Of a DNA stretch of 64,000 bases, positions 19,943-31,653 are shown in pieces. The translations under genes and the position numbers were made by a program. The notes under the pieces are model-generated. The model worked only from the letters and a program-made list of their open reading frames with translations. It did not search any database and was not told the DNA's origin. Source of the DNA: an uncultured archaeon (lineage in GTDB: Archaea > Thermoproteota > Bathyarchaeia > Bathyarchaeales > Bathycorpusculaceae); the NCBI GenBank assembly GCA_963782915.1, contig CAWALK010000024.1, positions 32,001-96,000 on the forward strand, read 5' to 3'. Numbering within the stretch: the first letter of the stretch is position 1; each line of letters begins with the position of its first letter.

Positions 19943-20828
19943 TTAGATTTTTGTGCCGTTAGCTGGGTCAGAAATTACATTCTTAAACTCAGCCATCAGC
20001 TTCTTGGTCACTGGACCAGGCTTGCCTGTGCCGACTACGCGTTTGTTGACTTCGCGGATGGGAACAACTTCCATGGCGGTGCCTGTGAAGAATGCTTCAT
20101 CAGCAGTGAATAGCATATATGCTGTCAAGTTGGCGACTGTGACTTTGAGTTTGAGTTTCTCGCAGAGTTTTATGACTGCGTCGGAGGTGATGCCTTCAAG
20201 TGCTCCTGTGCTGCTTGGCGGTGTGAGGATTTCACCGTTTTTGACGATGAAGACGTTTTCGCCGACTCCTTCTGCGATGCAGCCGTTCTGTTCAAGGCAT
20301 ATTGCTTCGTCTGCGCCGCATGCGTTGGCTTCGATTTTTCCAAGTATGCTGTTGAGGTAATTGAGTGATTTGACTTCGCTTGTGGTTGCATCCACGGGGT
20401 TTCTGCGAACCCAAGTAATCAGTGCGGTGACGCCTGTTTCTGATGCGTTACCTGCTTTGATGTTGATGGTGTCTGTGATGATGATAACGCTTGCTTTGGG
20501 GCATTTACGAGGGTCTAAGCCTAAGTCGCCGACTCCTCTGGAAACGACTAAGCGGATGTAGCTGTCCTTCATGTTGTTCTTGCGTAAGGGATTCAACTAC
20601 GGCTGCTACCATTTCCTCTTTAGTTAAGGGAATGTTTAGCATTATGGCATGTGCGCCACGGTATAGGCGGTCAACGTGTTCTTTGAGCTTGAAGACGACG
20701 CCGTTGTAGGCACGGATTCCTTCGAACACGCCGTCACCATAGAGGAAACCGTGGTCATAGACAGAGATTTTAGCCTGAGACTTCGGGTAATATGCACCGT
20801 CTATGTAGATTTGCAATTCGTTAGTCAT
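19943..20828 (-). CDS. ilvE: Branched-chain amino acid aminotransferase (indel)
   Basis: [30 protein letters not shown] and FTGTAMEV. Confidence 0.93.
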
Positions 20829-20922
20829 TTGTTTATTCCTTCTTGGATGCGCTTTTCATATTGTCCAATGATTTGATAAGGTTTACCCCAGTGATACATA
20901 TTTTTCATTTATGCACACTTTA

Positions 20923-22832
20923 TTAACCGTGGAACTGGGGACGCTTGGAGAGGTACAGTGGCAGCGGCAGAGCTTTAAACGGTTTACCAGCGATTTTCTC
21001 GGAGACTTTTGCGATGAGTTGCTCGGCGGTGAGGGTTTCCTGTTTGCCCTTCTCTTCACGGACACGAACCGATAGGGTGCCTGACTCGATTTCTTTGTCG
21101 CCTACAACGATGATGTAGGGAACCCATTCCTGTTCAGCTTCCCGGATCTTCTTTTGCAGAGTTGAGGAGGAATCGTCGATGTCTACACGGATGTTATGAG
21201 CAGCGATTTGCTGGGCGAGGGCTTCGAGTTTGTCGAGGAATTTGTCGGAAATCGGAATCAAACGTACCTGAGTGGGTGAGAGCCAGAGAGGCAGCATGGG
21301 TGCTTTGCCCGTCATTTGTTCACGGTAAGCCTTCTCCAAGAGCGCATAGATGTCTCGTTCGAGTGCGCCGCTTGGGCTACAGTGCAAGATAAGCGGGTAC
21401 TGTTTTTCGCCTTTCTCATCAACGAAAGTAATCTCATAGCGTTTGGCGTTTTCAACATCAATTTGGTCAGTTGATTAGAGCTGCAGCTTTGTCTTGGTTA
21501 TCCACAAAGTTAAGGTCCCATTTCAAAGCGAAGTAGAAGAAGCGTTCATTCCACACTTCAGCTAAGAAGGGTTTACCGAATTTCTGTGTAATGCTTGCGA
21601 TGAAGTCCTTGTTTTCGGCATAGAAGTCTTTGGTGAAGCGCATGGCGATTTCGTAGTCGTCTTTGACTAAGCCAATGTCTTCGAGTACGCTGATGCATAG
21701 GTCGAAGCGTATCATGAATTCTTTTTTGGCTTGTTCGAGGTCAGCGCAGAAGGCGTGGCAGTCTGGCATAGTGAATGCGCGAAGACGTTTTAAGCCGACG
21801 ACTTCGCCGCTTTTCTCCCGTCGGAAGCTGTAGCGGGTTAATTCGTAGAGTTTAACTGGCATCTGCTTGTAGCTGAATTGTGCGTCGTGTGCCATGAGGA
21901 ACTGGCCAAAGCACGCGGCGAATCGTAGGAAGAGTTCTTTGTCTTCTGATTTGAGGACGTATTGGCGTGCTGGGAAACGGTTCAGGTAACTTGCGAGGCT
22001 GGGGTGGTGGAAGTCATACATGATTGGAGTTTCAACTTCCATACCGCCATATTGAGCAACACGAAGACTCACGTATTGTTCGAGGAGCGATTTTATCATG
22101 CGTCCTTTGGGGTACCAGCGGATGTTGCCTGGGTCACTGCCTGGTTCATAATCGGCAATTTCAAGGCGCTTCATCAATGGCACATGAGGCGGCATTTGGG
22201 TGACTGCGCGGGTTTTTTTGATTTCGTATTGGCTGAATTTTTGGAGGTTTGATTTTCCCTTAAACTTGTAATCTTCAATGGGAACTAAGGAGCCGTCAAC
22301 TTCGAGGATGTGCCAGTAGGATTTCATGGTGTCTTCGGCTTTCAGTGCTGCGGAGACTGGTTCTTCTTCTTTTTTGGCTTCACATGGAGCGCCAGGTTGC
22401 TGCCACAGTTGCTGCTTGTGCTGTTGGGGCGTAGCTGCGGGCTTGCTCAGCCAACGGGTGACCTTTGATGGAGATGGTGAATTGTTTGTTCCAGCCGAAT
22501 GGTGCACGGAAGGTTTCTATGCCTTTTGTTTTGGCGTAGGCTTCCATGTCTTTGATGATTGCGAGTGCCTGTGATGGTTGGGAGAGGTTGCTGCTTAGGT
22601 GCGCGAATGGGTAGATGAGGATTCGGTTAGCTTTGAGTTTACCCAAAAATGCGCGTACGTCATCGATGGCTTTCTGTGCCATGGCGCTGTTGTCGCCTTC
22701 TTCGATGGCGGTGAATAAAACTACAACGTCTTCTACGCGGCTTTCTTCTTTGGCTGCTTCTTCAGCTATGTTGATTTCTTTTTCGATTGGTTTGAAAACT
22801 ATAAAGTTAGAATGTAACTGTAAAATACGCAT
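20923..22832 (-). CDS. thrS: Threonine--tRNA ligase with archaeal editing domain (indels)
   Basis: [32 protein letters not shown] and HCSPSG..ER. Confidence 0.95.
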
Positions 22833-22847
22833 GGACTTTATGCCTCT

Positions 22848-23069
22848 TTAGCCGTAGCGCCATTTGTCAAGGGTCTTATCTTTCTTGGTTTTCTTCTTGA
22901 ATTCCTTGTAGTGCTCTTTGCAGATGTATGCGCGTTTCTCTGCAGTGTTAACACTTAGTCCTGCAGCTTTGCATTTGTCAGTTGTTATTGAACGGGCTGC
23001 TTCATTCTTGCAACCTGATACGTTGCATGTTACGCCTTTATCGATACGACCCAAACAAGTCACGCTCAC
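22848..23069 (-). CDS. Small Cys-rich (Zn-binding) basic protein
   Basis: C....C and C..H pairs with a Lys-rich tail; directly upstream of thrS. Confidence 0.7.
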   Translation of the reverse strand: MSVTCLGRIDKGVTCNVSGCKNEAARSITTDKCKAAGLSVNTAEKRAYICKEHYKEFKKKTKKDKTLDKWRYG

Positions 23070-23097
23070 TTTACTATTTTATTACGCTATATTGTTA

Positions 23098-24057
23098 CTA
23101 TTGCTTAAGTTCCTTTTCATACAGTACGTTAGCTCTCCGATAAATCTCTTCTTTTTTCCCGAAGTAAGTTGGCCCAATAGACTCAACAACCAACGAAGCA
23201 GCAGCGGAGCCAACGGCTGCACACCAAAGCGACTCCTTCTGGCGAATGTATTCTGTTAAGAAGCCACCGATAAAAACGTCTCCTGCGCCAGTGGGATCAA
23301 CGAGCACTTCTGAGGGGCAAGCTGCAACATTGTATTGTGCGCCTTCTACAGATAGCACGGAGCCTTTTTCGCCCATGGTTACGATGACTGTTTCTACGCC
23401 TACATCATGGATTGCCCTTATTGCATGTTTAAGGTCTGATTCTCCTGTTAGGGCAAAAATTTCGTGTTGTGAGGACTTGTAAATGTTGATGAGGCTGAAT
23501 ATGTTGTTGTCTACTTCGGCGGCGTTTTCGAATACATGTCCGTGTTCGTCAAAGCTTCGTGTTAATCCTTGGGGGTCAAGTGATAGGATGTCAGCGGATT
23601 GTTTGAGTTGTTCAGCTACTTCATAGGGGATTTCGTTAGCGATGGGTGCTAGATGAATGGCTTTAGCATGGAAGTCTTTAGGCAAATCTTCCAGGGTTAG
23701 AGGTAAGCCTTTGCTTTTGAGTTTGAGAGTTCTGTCGATGAAGCCCTCTGTATAGGTTAATTCGAAACCTGTAGTTGGCTCATCGAGGTGTCGGGTGACT
23801 CCTGAGATGTCGATGCCTTCCTGCTCCAGCCACCATAGGTATGCTTGGGGAAAATTTGCGCCGACTCTAGAAATGACACTGGCGGATGCATCCAAGTTTT
23901 TTGCGGCAAACGAAGTGTATGTTGTTGCGCCGCCTAAAACTACGAACGGTGATTTTCGGGTAGGCAATACTAATGTGTCAACTGAGAAGTGTCCTACCAC
24001 TGCTACATCGAAGCTTGTTGCCGCCATCTCTCTAATCCATGTTTGAATATTAGGCAT
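23098..24057 (-). CDS. PfkB family carbohydrate kinase
   Basis: LGGA near N-terminus; DPTGAGDVF. Confidence 0.92.
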   Translation of the reverse strand: MPNIQTWIREMAATSFDVAVVGHFSVDTLVLPTRKSPFVVLGGATTYTSFAAKNLDASASVISRVGANFPQAYLWWLEQEGIDISGVTRHLDEPTTGFELTYTEGFIDRTLKLKSKGLPLTLEDLPKDFHAKAIHLAPIANEIPYEVAEQLKQSADILSLDPQGLTRSFDEHGHVFENAAEVDNNIFSLINIYKSSQHEIFALTGESDLKHAIRAIHDVGVETVIVTMGEKGSVLSVEGAQYNVAACPSEVLVDPTGAGDVFIGGFLTEYIRQKESLWCAAVGSAAASLVVESIGPTYFGKKEEIYRRANVLYEKELKQ

Positions 24058-24135
24058 GTCCTATATAGAATTAGCCTATCACAGAGAAACACGATTAATT
24101 TGTTCTAGAATCTTTTTGAGGCTTAAAGAATTTTT

Positions 24136-24236
24136 ATGGTGGTATGCTGAGGCCCTGGAGAACGGAGAATTGCAACCTTTGATCACGAACATGTACTAAT
24201 CTGAAAGTGCAAACCAGAGCCTTCTCAGCCCACCAT
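24136..24236. ncRNA. Candidate ~100-nt hairpin RNA
   Basis: Nested complementary segments ATGGTGG/CCACCAT, GCTGAG/CTCAGC, CTGG/CCAG, TTGCA/TGCAA and CTTT/AAAG. Confidence 0.4.
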
Positions 24237-24292
24237 TTTATCTTTCGATATTAACAAAAAAGGGAAAGGGATTGTTGTTTGATTTTGCGTGT

Positions 24293-26915
24293 TTACTTTT
24301 TGCGTTGCATCAGCATGTTTAACACGCCGACGATGATGATGACGACGATTATTGCTGCGACTCCTGGTAGGAAGTATTGGTCAGCGACGCTTGCTGGTGC
24401 TGCTGTTGGTGCTGCGGTTGCTTGTGGTGCTGCTGCGACTGTGAATGATGATACTGCCTCAGATGGCCAGTATGATTCACTGCCGCCGTATGAAGCGTAT
24501 ACGATATAGTCACCTGTGATGTCTGGGCTCCATGTGTAGGTGAAGTATCCTTCTGTTGTGCTTGTGGTTTGTCCGATGGTTCGGTAGTTGCCGTTTGCGT
24601 CAACAACGCTCAATGTCACTGGGACACCAGATGCGTTTGTTGGCTTTGGTTGTTGCATGTACACGTATGCCATCCATTCGGTTTGGCTTGCATCAGAGAC
24701 GCATCCAACTCCGTTGGGGAAACGTGCTGATCTGTCAGAGTCTGTTGTGCCTGCGGAAATGTCTGTGATAGTGCCGCTGAGGACTAAGGATTTGCCTGAG
24801 TCGACGCTTGTTTGTGGTGCACTAAGGGTGGTTTGTGTTGGGCCTTTGCCGTAGGTGTAGATTTGGCAGTCGTAGCTGTTCCATGCGACTAGGTATCCGT
24901 CTGCGATTGCGCTTGGTTCTCGACCGTAGTAGCCGAGTCCGCTCCAGACTAATTGGCCGTTGGTGCAGTTTATGGCTAGTTTGTGTGCATCAGAGAAGAT
25001 TGGTGGGTCATACATGCGACCTTCTGAGAGGAACAGTTTGCCATCAGCTATGCTATGTGACCCGAAGTGCCATATTGGATAGACACCGTATGGTGTGTTG
25101 TATCCTGCTTCTCGGGGCATATAGGTCCAGTTGAGGGTTCCACTTGCTAAGTTGATTGCATTTACGTATCCACCGAAGTCCCAAATGTATGCTAAACCAT
25201 ATGCAATGGCTCCGCCTCTTGAGAGGGTGCTCAATGCGCTGCCGACTAATTGTACTCCTGAGCCGACTTGTGCACCTGTGTTTATGTTGTAGACGTATGC
25301 TGTGTTGGTGTCTTTGTCTTGTTCAACGTAGTAACCGTCGCCTGCACAGAGGACGCTGACTTCATGGTAGATTGGGGTTGTTCTGTTAACTGGGCCCCAT
25401 ATTACTGCGCCTGTTCGTGCGTTCATGCCGACTTCGATTTCTGATGAGTTCACCGAATTCGGATGCGAAGGTTGCCATAGTTTGACCGTAAGATCTCAGA
25501 ACTATTACGTTGTTGGTTCTTGCTGCAATGTTTAGTTGTGGGTTTTTGAGTGTAGCTGTTACGCTGCTTAGGTCAGTAATGTTGACTCCGTTGATGGTTG
25601 CTGGAATCGGTTTTGACCATTGGTAACCACGAGTGTAGTTGATGTTGCCTGATGGGCGGATTGTTGAGCCACCTGATGGACCTGCTAAGCAGAGAGTTGA
25701 ATTCCACATTGTCAAAGTGAGGTTTGGATATGTGCCGTTTATTGTGTGAATATAGACTGCGCCTTGTGTGCTTTCATCGTCTGTTTCAACTAAGCCTGAG
25801 GCTACTGTGTTAGGAACGCTTGTGATGTTGGCAATGAAGTATCCAGTCATTGGGTCATAGAGATGCCATACGTTATAGGCAGTTGCGCCTGTGCCGACGC
25901 TTGGACCGATTGCAACTAGGAACGCTTGTGTTCCGTATTCCTGTATAGTGTGGAATTGCATGTTCCAACCGTAGACTAATGTATCGTTGGTTTCTTTTGT
26001 CCAGAGTGTTTGTCCTGTGCGTAAATCAACTGCTGCCCAACCTGGGGTTCCGCCTGGACTTGTGACTGTTGTTGGTACGTTGGGGTATAGTTTGTAGTAG
26101 ATAATGCCGTTCATGATGATGGGTTCGAATTGTCTGTACAGAATTGAGGTTGAGGTGTACTGGCTTTCTTGGTCGCCGCTGATTGGACCGCCAACTTGTC
26201 CACCGAAGGCTGTTGGCTTAACCCACATAATGTGAGCTGAGTTTGGCGCTTCAGTGTATGGGTTGAAGTTGTTACCAGTTGCGTCGTAGCCGCCGGTGTC
26301 AGTGAAAGACGGTTTGCCAAGACCCCACCAGTTACCGCCAAGCTGTGACCAGAGATAGTTGGTTGCATAGATTGGACGCGACCAGTATTCTGTAGGAAGC
26401 GGAACTAATGGTTTACCTTGGATTTGGTCTTGTTGTACTGCAAAGGTGATTGCTTCGCTCTGGGTTGGAAGGATATTGTATGTGAGTGTTACGCCTGAAC
26501 TTGTGCCGCTGATTGTTTGTCCTTTGTAAAATGCTTGTACCGTGTAGTTGCCGGTTGTGTCGGGGGTGAATTCGATTCCGCCGACTCCGCCGGTTGTGTC
26601 GCTGACGTATGGTCCGAGGGTTGTGTTTGTTCCGTCTGGTTTAACGATGTTGAGGGATAATCCTGTGTATGTGCTGGCTCCGCCGGATGAGCCGACGATT
26701 GGGATTGGTTTAGTGAAGAATAGGCTGATGTAGACGACTTGTCCTACGCCCGTTGGGTTTGGTTCAGCGTAGACTTTCAGGTATACTGGCATGTCTGACG
26801 CTGCTGCCGCGGGTGCGATTTGCGATATTTGTATCATCGTGGGGATTGTTAATACGACTAAAAGAATCATCGCTATCAAAGTTTTTGTCTTTTGCATTTT
26901 TTTCTTTCTCCTCAT
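24293..26915 (-). CDS. Large secreted PQQ-like beta-propeller surface protein with C-terminal TM anchor (indel near 25440)
   Basis: Signal peptide; A.DLRTGQTLW and AIN..G...W repeats; C-terminal TM followed by RKK. Confidence 0.85.
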
Positions 26916-27053
26916 AATTAGGAAGCGAAAATGCTTCCTTCCTCTTTTTCATCTGGTTCTGCTAATAAAACCGCGCAGCAACACTGCGTTGTGACAACCC
27001 TTAAATTCTCCAGACCCCATCAGGGTGCAACTATTTATAAGGAGATAAGTGGA

Positions 27054-27866
27054 TTGCCAATTCAAGAAGAAGGAATTCGACTTCTAACACAAATGGGATT
27101 CACTGAAGCACAAGCAAAACTATACTTAGCCCTTATCATTACGGGAAAAACAGACGTTAAAACCCTCGCTAAGCAGGCAGTTGTTCCCCGACAAGCAGTT
27201 TACAGGACGCTTGGGGAATTGCATGAAAAAGGAATTGTTGAACGCATAATCTCTTTGCCACAAGAATACAAGGCGATTCCCCTGCAAGACGGCTTAGAAA
27301 TTATGATTGCTGAAAAAGCAAACGACTACACAAAAATTTTGGAACAAGCCAAAGAGTTTTTGTTTAAATTTGAAGCGCAGCAAGAGCAACTGATTTTCGA
27401 AAATGATTATAATATCTCCATCGTTGAAGGAAAAGAGACGATAGTTAAAAGAACCAAAAACATCACCGATAACCTCCAACACAACGTTTGTCTCTGCAGC
27501 ACCGCGCAACGTTGGATTCATATGAATCTTGAAATTATAGAAAACGTCAAAGAAGCATTAGGCAGAGGAGTTAAGTACCACATGGTTTTAGAGAATTCGA
27601 ACGGTGAAATCTGTTTTCCAAAAGAATTCAAACCCATGCTGTCACATCCAAACTATGAGGTAAGGATGGTGCGCAATAAACTAAAAATAAACGCTGCAAT
27701 CTTCGACGATAAAGAAGCCAGCTTCAGCTTCTACCCATCCAAATCCCTCTCCGAATCACCCATGATATGGACAAATCACCCCAGTTTACTGGTAGGATTC
27801 CAAGACCATTTTACGAATGTTTGGCGTGATAGCGAAAAAGTAGATATGAAAGATAAATTCAAGTAA
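27054..27866 (+). CDS. TrmB family transcriptional regulator
   Basis: GFTEAQAKLYLAL and VYRTL.EL.EKGIV; GGAGA RBS before TTG at 27054. Confidence 0.87.
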   Translation: MPIQEEGIRLLTQMGFTEAQAKLYLALIITGKTDVKTLAKQAVVPRQAVYRTLGELHEKGIVERIISLPQEYKAIPLQDGLEIMIAEKANDYTKILEQAKEFLFKFEAQQEQLIFENDYNISIVEGKETIVKRTKNITDNLQHNVCLCSTAQRWIHMNLEIIENVKEALGRGVKYHMVLENSNGEICFPKEFKPMLSHPNYEVRMVRNKLKINAAIFDDKEASFSFYPSKSLSESPMIWTNHPSLLVGFQDHFTNVWRDSEKVDMKDKFK

Positions 27867-27914
27867 ACAAGAAACGCCCAGAAAGTTAATTAATCCATAA
27901 ACCCCCAAAAAGTT

Positions 27915-27979
27915 GGCTATGGCATTAGCCGTGGCAGTCGCCAGAACCGCAACCAAAACTGGATGCTGATAATGCCTAC
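27915..27979 (+). promoter_or_regulatory. Fluoride riboswitch (crcB motif)
   Basis: GGCTATGGCATTAGCC...AACCGC...GCTGATAATGCCTAC; GGCATT/AATGCC pseudoknot; directly upstream of crcB. Confidence 0.88.
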
Positions 27980-28003
27980 CAATTAGAATGGATGGTAGAT
28001 GGT

Positions 28004-28396
28004 TTGAAGTGGCTAGAATTTGCGTTATTAGCGGTTGGCGCGGTTGTTGGAGCCTTACTTGCGGTATCGACTTGTGGAGTCCCCTGTTGCAATTTATGGG
28101 TTGCCAGTGAACGTTTTAATCGTTAACGTTTTAGGCAGCTTTATTTTAGGCTTATTCTCGATGTTGTCGGTTGGTTTCAATTTGGATTCCCAGTACTCGC
28201 CTGTCTAGTTGCAGTGGGTTTCTGCGGTTCCTTCACCACCATGTCCTCATTCGCGCTGGAAACTACTAATTTGCTTGAGGCAAACCGTTTTACACTGTTG
28301 GCACTTAACATTCTAGCGAACGTGGGCTTATCGCTCGGAGCCATAATTGGCGGTAGAGCGGTGGGTAACGTTTTATTGGAGAGGGTTGTGCGTTGA
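28004..28396 (+). CDS. crcB: Fluoride efflux channel CrcB/Fluc (indels)
   Basis: GAVVGA..R, N.LGSF.LG and GFCGSFTTMSSF motifs across frames. Confidence 0.9.
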
Positions 28397-28704
28397 AGCA
28401 GAAAATGTGGCAACTTATAATTCGCATTAAGAAGAATGATGAAGTCGGCGGCAAACGCTTAGAGAAGCTCATCATGGATTGCCTGATGAAGGCGCATATT
28501 GAAGGTGCAACGGTTTGGACTGGCGTAGACGGCTTTGGCAAACGAGGCAAATCCACCCTGCATCTGGAGGGTGTGTCTGTTAATATGCCACTGATAATTG
28601 AAGTGGTCGATAGCCAAGAGAAGTTGGAACCGCTGCTTCCTGAACTTAAATTGATTGTTGGCGATAACGGATTGGTAACCATCCAAGAAACCTATGTTAT
28701 CTAA
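28393..28704 (+). CDS. DUF190 (PII-like) protein
   Basis: GATV..G..GFG and PLIIEVVD; typical crcB neighbour. Confidence 0.88.
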   Translation: MKQKMWQLIIRIKKNDEVGGKRLEKLIMDCLMKAHIEGATVWTGVDGFGKRGKSTLHLEGVSVNMPLIIEVVDSQEKLEPLLPELKLIVGDNGLVTIQETYVI

Positions 28705-28800
28705 GTATTTCGATGTTGAAAACCACGCGACCTTTCGACAGTTGCTGGCACACCCTTGATCGGTAGATCAAAATTTGGGTGGATATCTGCTTTTTCTATA

Positions 28801-28919
28801 TTGGTTGTTGCCGTGGACCCCTCTTATTTCAACAACAACCAGCGGCGTATGCAGGCGATTGCTTTTGATGGCAAGAGACGGTGTTGGGTTGCAGGCGGGT
28901 TGTGCAAACTGCCACAAGT
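28801..28919 (-). repeat. Dispersed repeat module A
   Basis: Reverse complement cttgtggcagtttgcacaacccgcctgcaacccaacacc...cgctggttgttgttgaaataagaggggtccacggcaacaacc. Confidence 0.75.
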
Positions 28920-28942
28920 TGAACGAATTCTGTATTAAAGCC

Positions 28943-29045
28943 TCTACCTACCTCAGAGACACCTCCCCCTCCCTTATTTAAAGGACAAAAAGCCAACATA
29001 GATTAAGCGTTTGTTGCTCTGCACAGACCCCCTACCCTCTATATA
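28943..29045 (-). repeat. Dispersed repeat module B, tandem pair
   Basis: Reverse complement tatagagggtagggggtctgtgcagagcaacaaacgct..tctatgttg..aaataagggagggggagg; colinear with 49512-49600. Confidence 0.78.
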
Positions 29046-29091
29046 AAACAAAAAGCATCAAAATTACAGCTAACTTAGGTGTCACTCAGGA

Positions 29092-30027
29092 TTAGCCAAC
29101 TTCAAGCCAAACCGACTTAACCTTCTCTGCTGAAACGCAACCACAAAAACCAACACAGCCACAACAACCAAATAGGATAACAAAGGCAACTATCGACCAG
29201 TCTAACCCAATAGGGTTCTCAGTCACTGTATTCGGTTGCATGGGTGTCGCTGTTGGGCTCTGAGAAGGAGAAACTGATTCAGCAGGTATTGGAGTAGGGA
29301 AGGTATTCTGAGGCTCAGTGGAGTTTTGAGGCGTAAATACGGGCACAGTTGCCGACGGGGCTAAGTACTGGTCCGTTGAGGGTGAATAGGGATCGTTGGG
29401 TGTCGGAGGATCACTGACCACTACGGTTTGCGTGTTGCTCCAATCGCCGAATTCACCCGCAAAATAGTACCACTTGTCATCAGGTTGAATTTGACCAGAA
29501 ATAACCTGCACTTGAACGTCAAGCGTCGCCCCCTTTGGAACCCGCCAAGCCCCGGGAATCGTTATTTCACTGTAGGTATTCGCCGTTTGATTGGGAAAGC
29601 AGGTGCAGGAGGTCTCTTGTCGAGTGGAACGAATAGTCCGCCATAAGTGTTTGTAGTCCAACCATTCTCGGCAAATGGGTAATAGTCCCACTGAGATTCT
29701 GTCCCGTAAATCGCCTTTACTCTGAAGTTAAAGAAAACGCCAGATATGTTACCGCTTTGCTGTGGCGGAGAAGGGTAAGCCTGATTTTTGATGGTGAACT
29801 GTATGGAGCGGTTGTCAATGGTATATCCTTGTTGTAAAACTATGGTTTTTCCCGTGTACTGGTCGGTGCCATAGGTGGAGGGTACGTCATAGTTGAGGTT
29901 TAGGTATTTGGCGGTGAATTCTGGGGCAGACGGTTTAGCCATTGCAGATGACTATTTGAGTAGAGAGTAAACTTGACGCTACTAAGAAGATAAGGAGAAA
30001 AGAGCAACTCTTCTTAGTAGCTGTCAT
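29092..30027 (-). CDS. Secreted, membrane-anchored hypothetical protein (indels)
   Basis: Signal-like N-terminus from ATG at 30027; Pro/Thr-rich linker; C-terminal hydrophobic segment. Confidence 0.65.
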
Positions 30028-30158
30028 AATTAAGGTTGGATTGGGCTGTGAATTAAAGGGTTCTTGTATAGGTTTCTTGACTAAGGCTTGTCTACAAATG
30101 TGGACTAAACTGTAAAGATAATTGTTTAAATAGGAAAATTAGGGGTTGGAAAGAAATT

Positions 30159-30524
30159 TTATTGGAGCAGCAAAATTGCTTTTGCCAAATCGCCTTCAGC
30201 TTCGATAAGCGCTTCTTTTGCTTTATCTAAGCTTTTGCCTGTTTGGTCCGCGACAAGCTGTACGTCTTCTTCGGTGAATGCTGGCTTAGCAGGTGCACCC
30301 AATGCGCCTCGGGCTGATGGGGCTTGTTCGCTGACTTGTCCGCCGATGACTTGATACATTTTCTGTCCCTGAACACCCAAAATCGCCACTTCAGGTTCAT
30401 CAATAACTATGTCTTTGGTTGCAGTTCGAATGATGACTTGCTGGACATCTTCAACGCTGTCCATGTTCATGCCCATGCGTTGCATCATGCGTTTTTGCTC
30501 TCGGGGATTCATGCGTTTATGCAT
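30159..30524 (-). CDS. nac: Nascent polypeptide-associated complex protein
   Basis: MNPR..RMMQRMG, EEDVQLVADQT and GDLAKAI. Confidence 0.95.
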   Translation of the reverse strand: MHKRMNPREQKRMMQRMGMNMDSVEDVQQVIIRTATKDIVIDEPEVAILGVQGQKMYQVIGGQVSEQAPSARGALGAPAKPAFTEEDVQLVADQTGKSLDKAKEALIEAEGDLAKAILLLQ

Positions 30525-30568
30525 ACTGTTCTACCTTTAACCTTATTCTGCGTTAGAAGTTGATATAC

Positions 30569-31036
30569 TTAACTTTCTTTGGTGCCGTGTCTGGTCTTAA
30601 CGGCGGCGCCGGTTTTGAAAGCCCTGATTTCGCCGCTGCTAAGCAGGGTGCGTCCGACTGCTAAGACTTGGTGGTCTTCGTCTATGGCGATGACTTCGTC
30701 TTTTGCGCCGACTTCATCATCAACTTTAACGACGTGTACTGCGAAGACGTCTCCGCCTTTTGCGATGTAGGAGGCTACTTCGTTTTTGACGGTGACGAAG
30801 CATTTAGCTTCAGGAATATTCTGTGCCATGCACTCCGCAGCTTTGAGGCTCAAAGATAGCAATCCGTCGGTTGGGCGCAGTGTGGCTAGGCGTTCGCCGT
30901 TTAGGTTAATGTAGCGTATTCTGCCTGTACGGGGCGACAGCTGAATAGTGATGTCTTCTGGGAACAGTTTTGCGCCTACGCCTTTGCCGAATTGGTAATC
31001 TGCAATGCTTCTTACGCGGTCTTTTGCATTCTCCAT
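30569..31036 (-). CDS. PUA-domain RNA-binding protein (archaeosine TGT C-terminal-like)
   Basis: IADYQFG, S.RTGRIR, G.DVFA.HV and AVKTRHG. Confidence 0.85.
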   Translation of the reverse strand: MENAKDRVRSIADYQFGKGVGAKLFPEDITIQLSPRTGRIRYINLNGERLATLRPTDGLLSLSLKAAECMAQNIPEAKCFVTVKNEVASYIAKGGDVFAVHVVKVDDEVGAKDEVIAIDEDHQVLAVGRTLLSSGEIRAFKTGAAVKTRHGTKES

Positions 31037-31122
31037 GGCTCAATCATACCGTAACTTTTTAGTTGATTCGACAAGTATAAACAGTACAACATTATAAAGT
31101 CACTGAAAGGTGTACAGTTAAT

Positions 31123-31653
31123 ATGCGATGCGAAGTTTGCGGTAGAAAAATACATTCTGACCCTGTACGAGCAAATATTGAAGGCGCAAAATTAACCGTT
31201 TGCGTAGAATGCTCCAAACACGGCAAAGTCATCTATGAAGATGCCCCTACGCAGCAGTCCAGTCCTAGCCCAACTAAATCGTATGCGCATATTCCAGTTA
31301 TCATGAGAAAACCGCCTGTTGCCCAAGTGCAGATAAGCCAAGAAGTCGTCGAAGACTACGCATCCAAAATCCGTGTAGCAAGAGAGAAACTGGGTTTATC
31401 ACATGAGGATCTTGGCAAAAAAATTAACGAGAAAGCCTCCTTACTAAGACACGTCGAAACAGGCAAAATGGCTCCTAACAATCAACTTGCAAACAAACTG
31501 GAGCATGTTCTAAAAATCAAGTTGATGGTTCAGATTGAAAACGAAAAAGCTACAGCTACTCCAACAAAGCCCGCTGAAGGGTTAACTTTGGGGGACCTCA
31601 TCGACATGAGTAAAACAGATGAGGAGGCGCCCACTAAACGAAAGCGATCTTAG
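31123..31653 (+). CDS. mbf1: Archaeal multiprotein bridging factor aMBF1
   Basis: CEVCG..C..C Zn ribbon plus HTH and LTLGD. Confidence 0.93.
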   Translation: MRCEVCGRKIHSDPVRANIEGAKLTVCVECSKHGKVIYEDAPTQQSSPSPTKSYAHIPVIMRKPPVAQVQISQEVVEDYASKIRVAREKLGLSHEDLGKKINEKASLLRHVETGKMAPNNQLANKLEHVLKIKLMVQIENEKATATPTKPAEGLTLGDLIDMSKTDEEAPTKRKRS

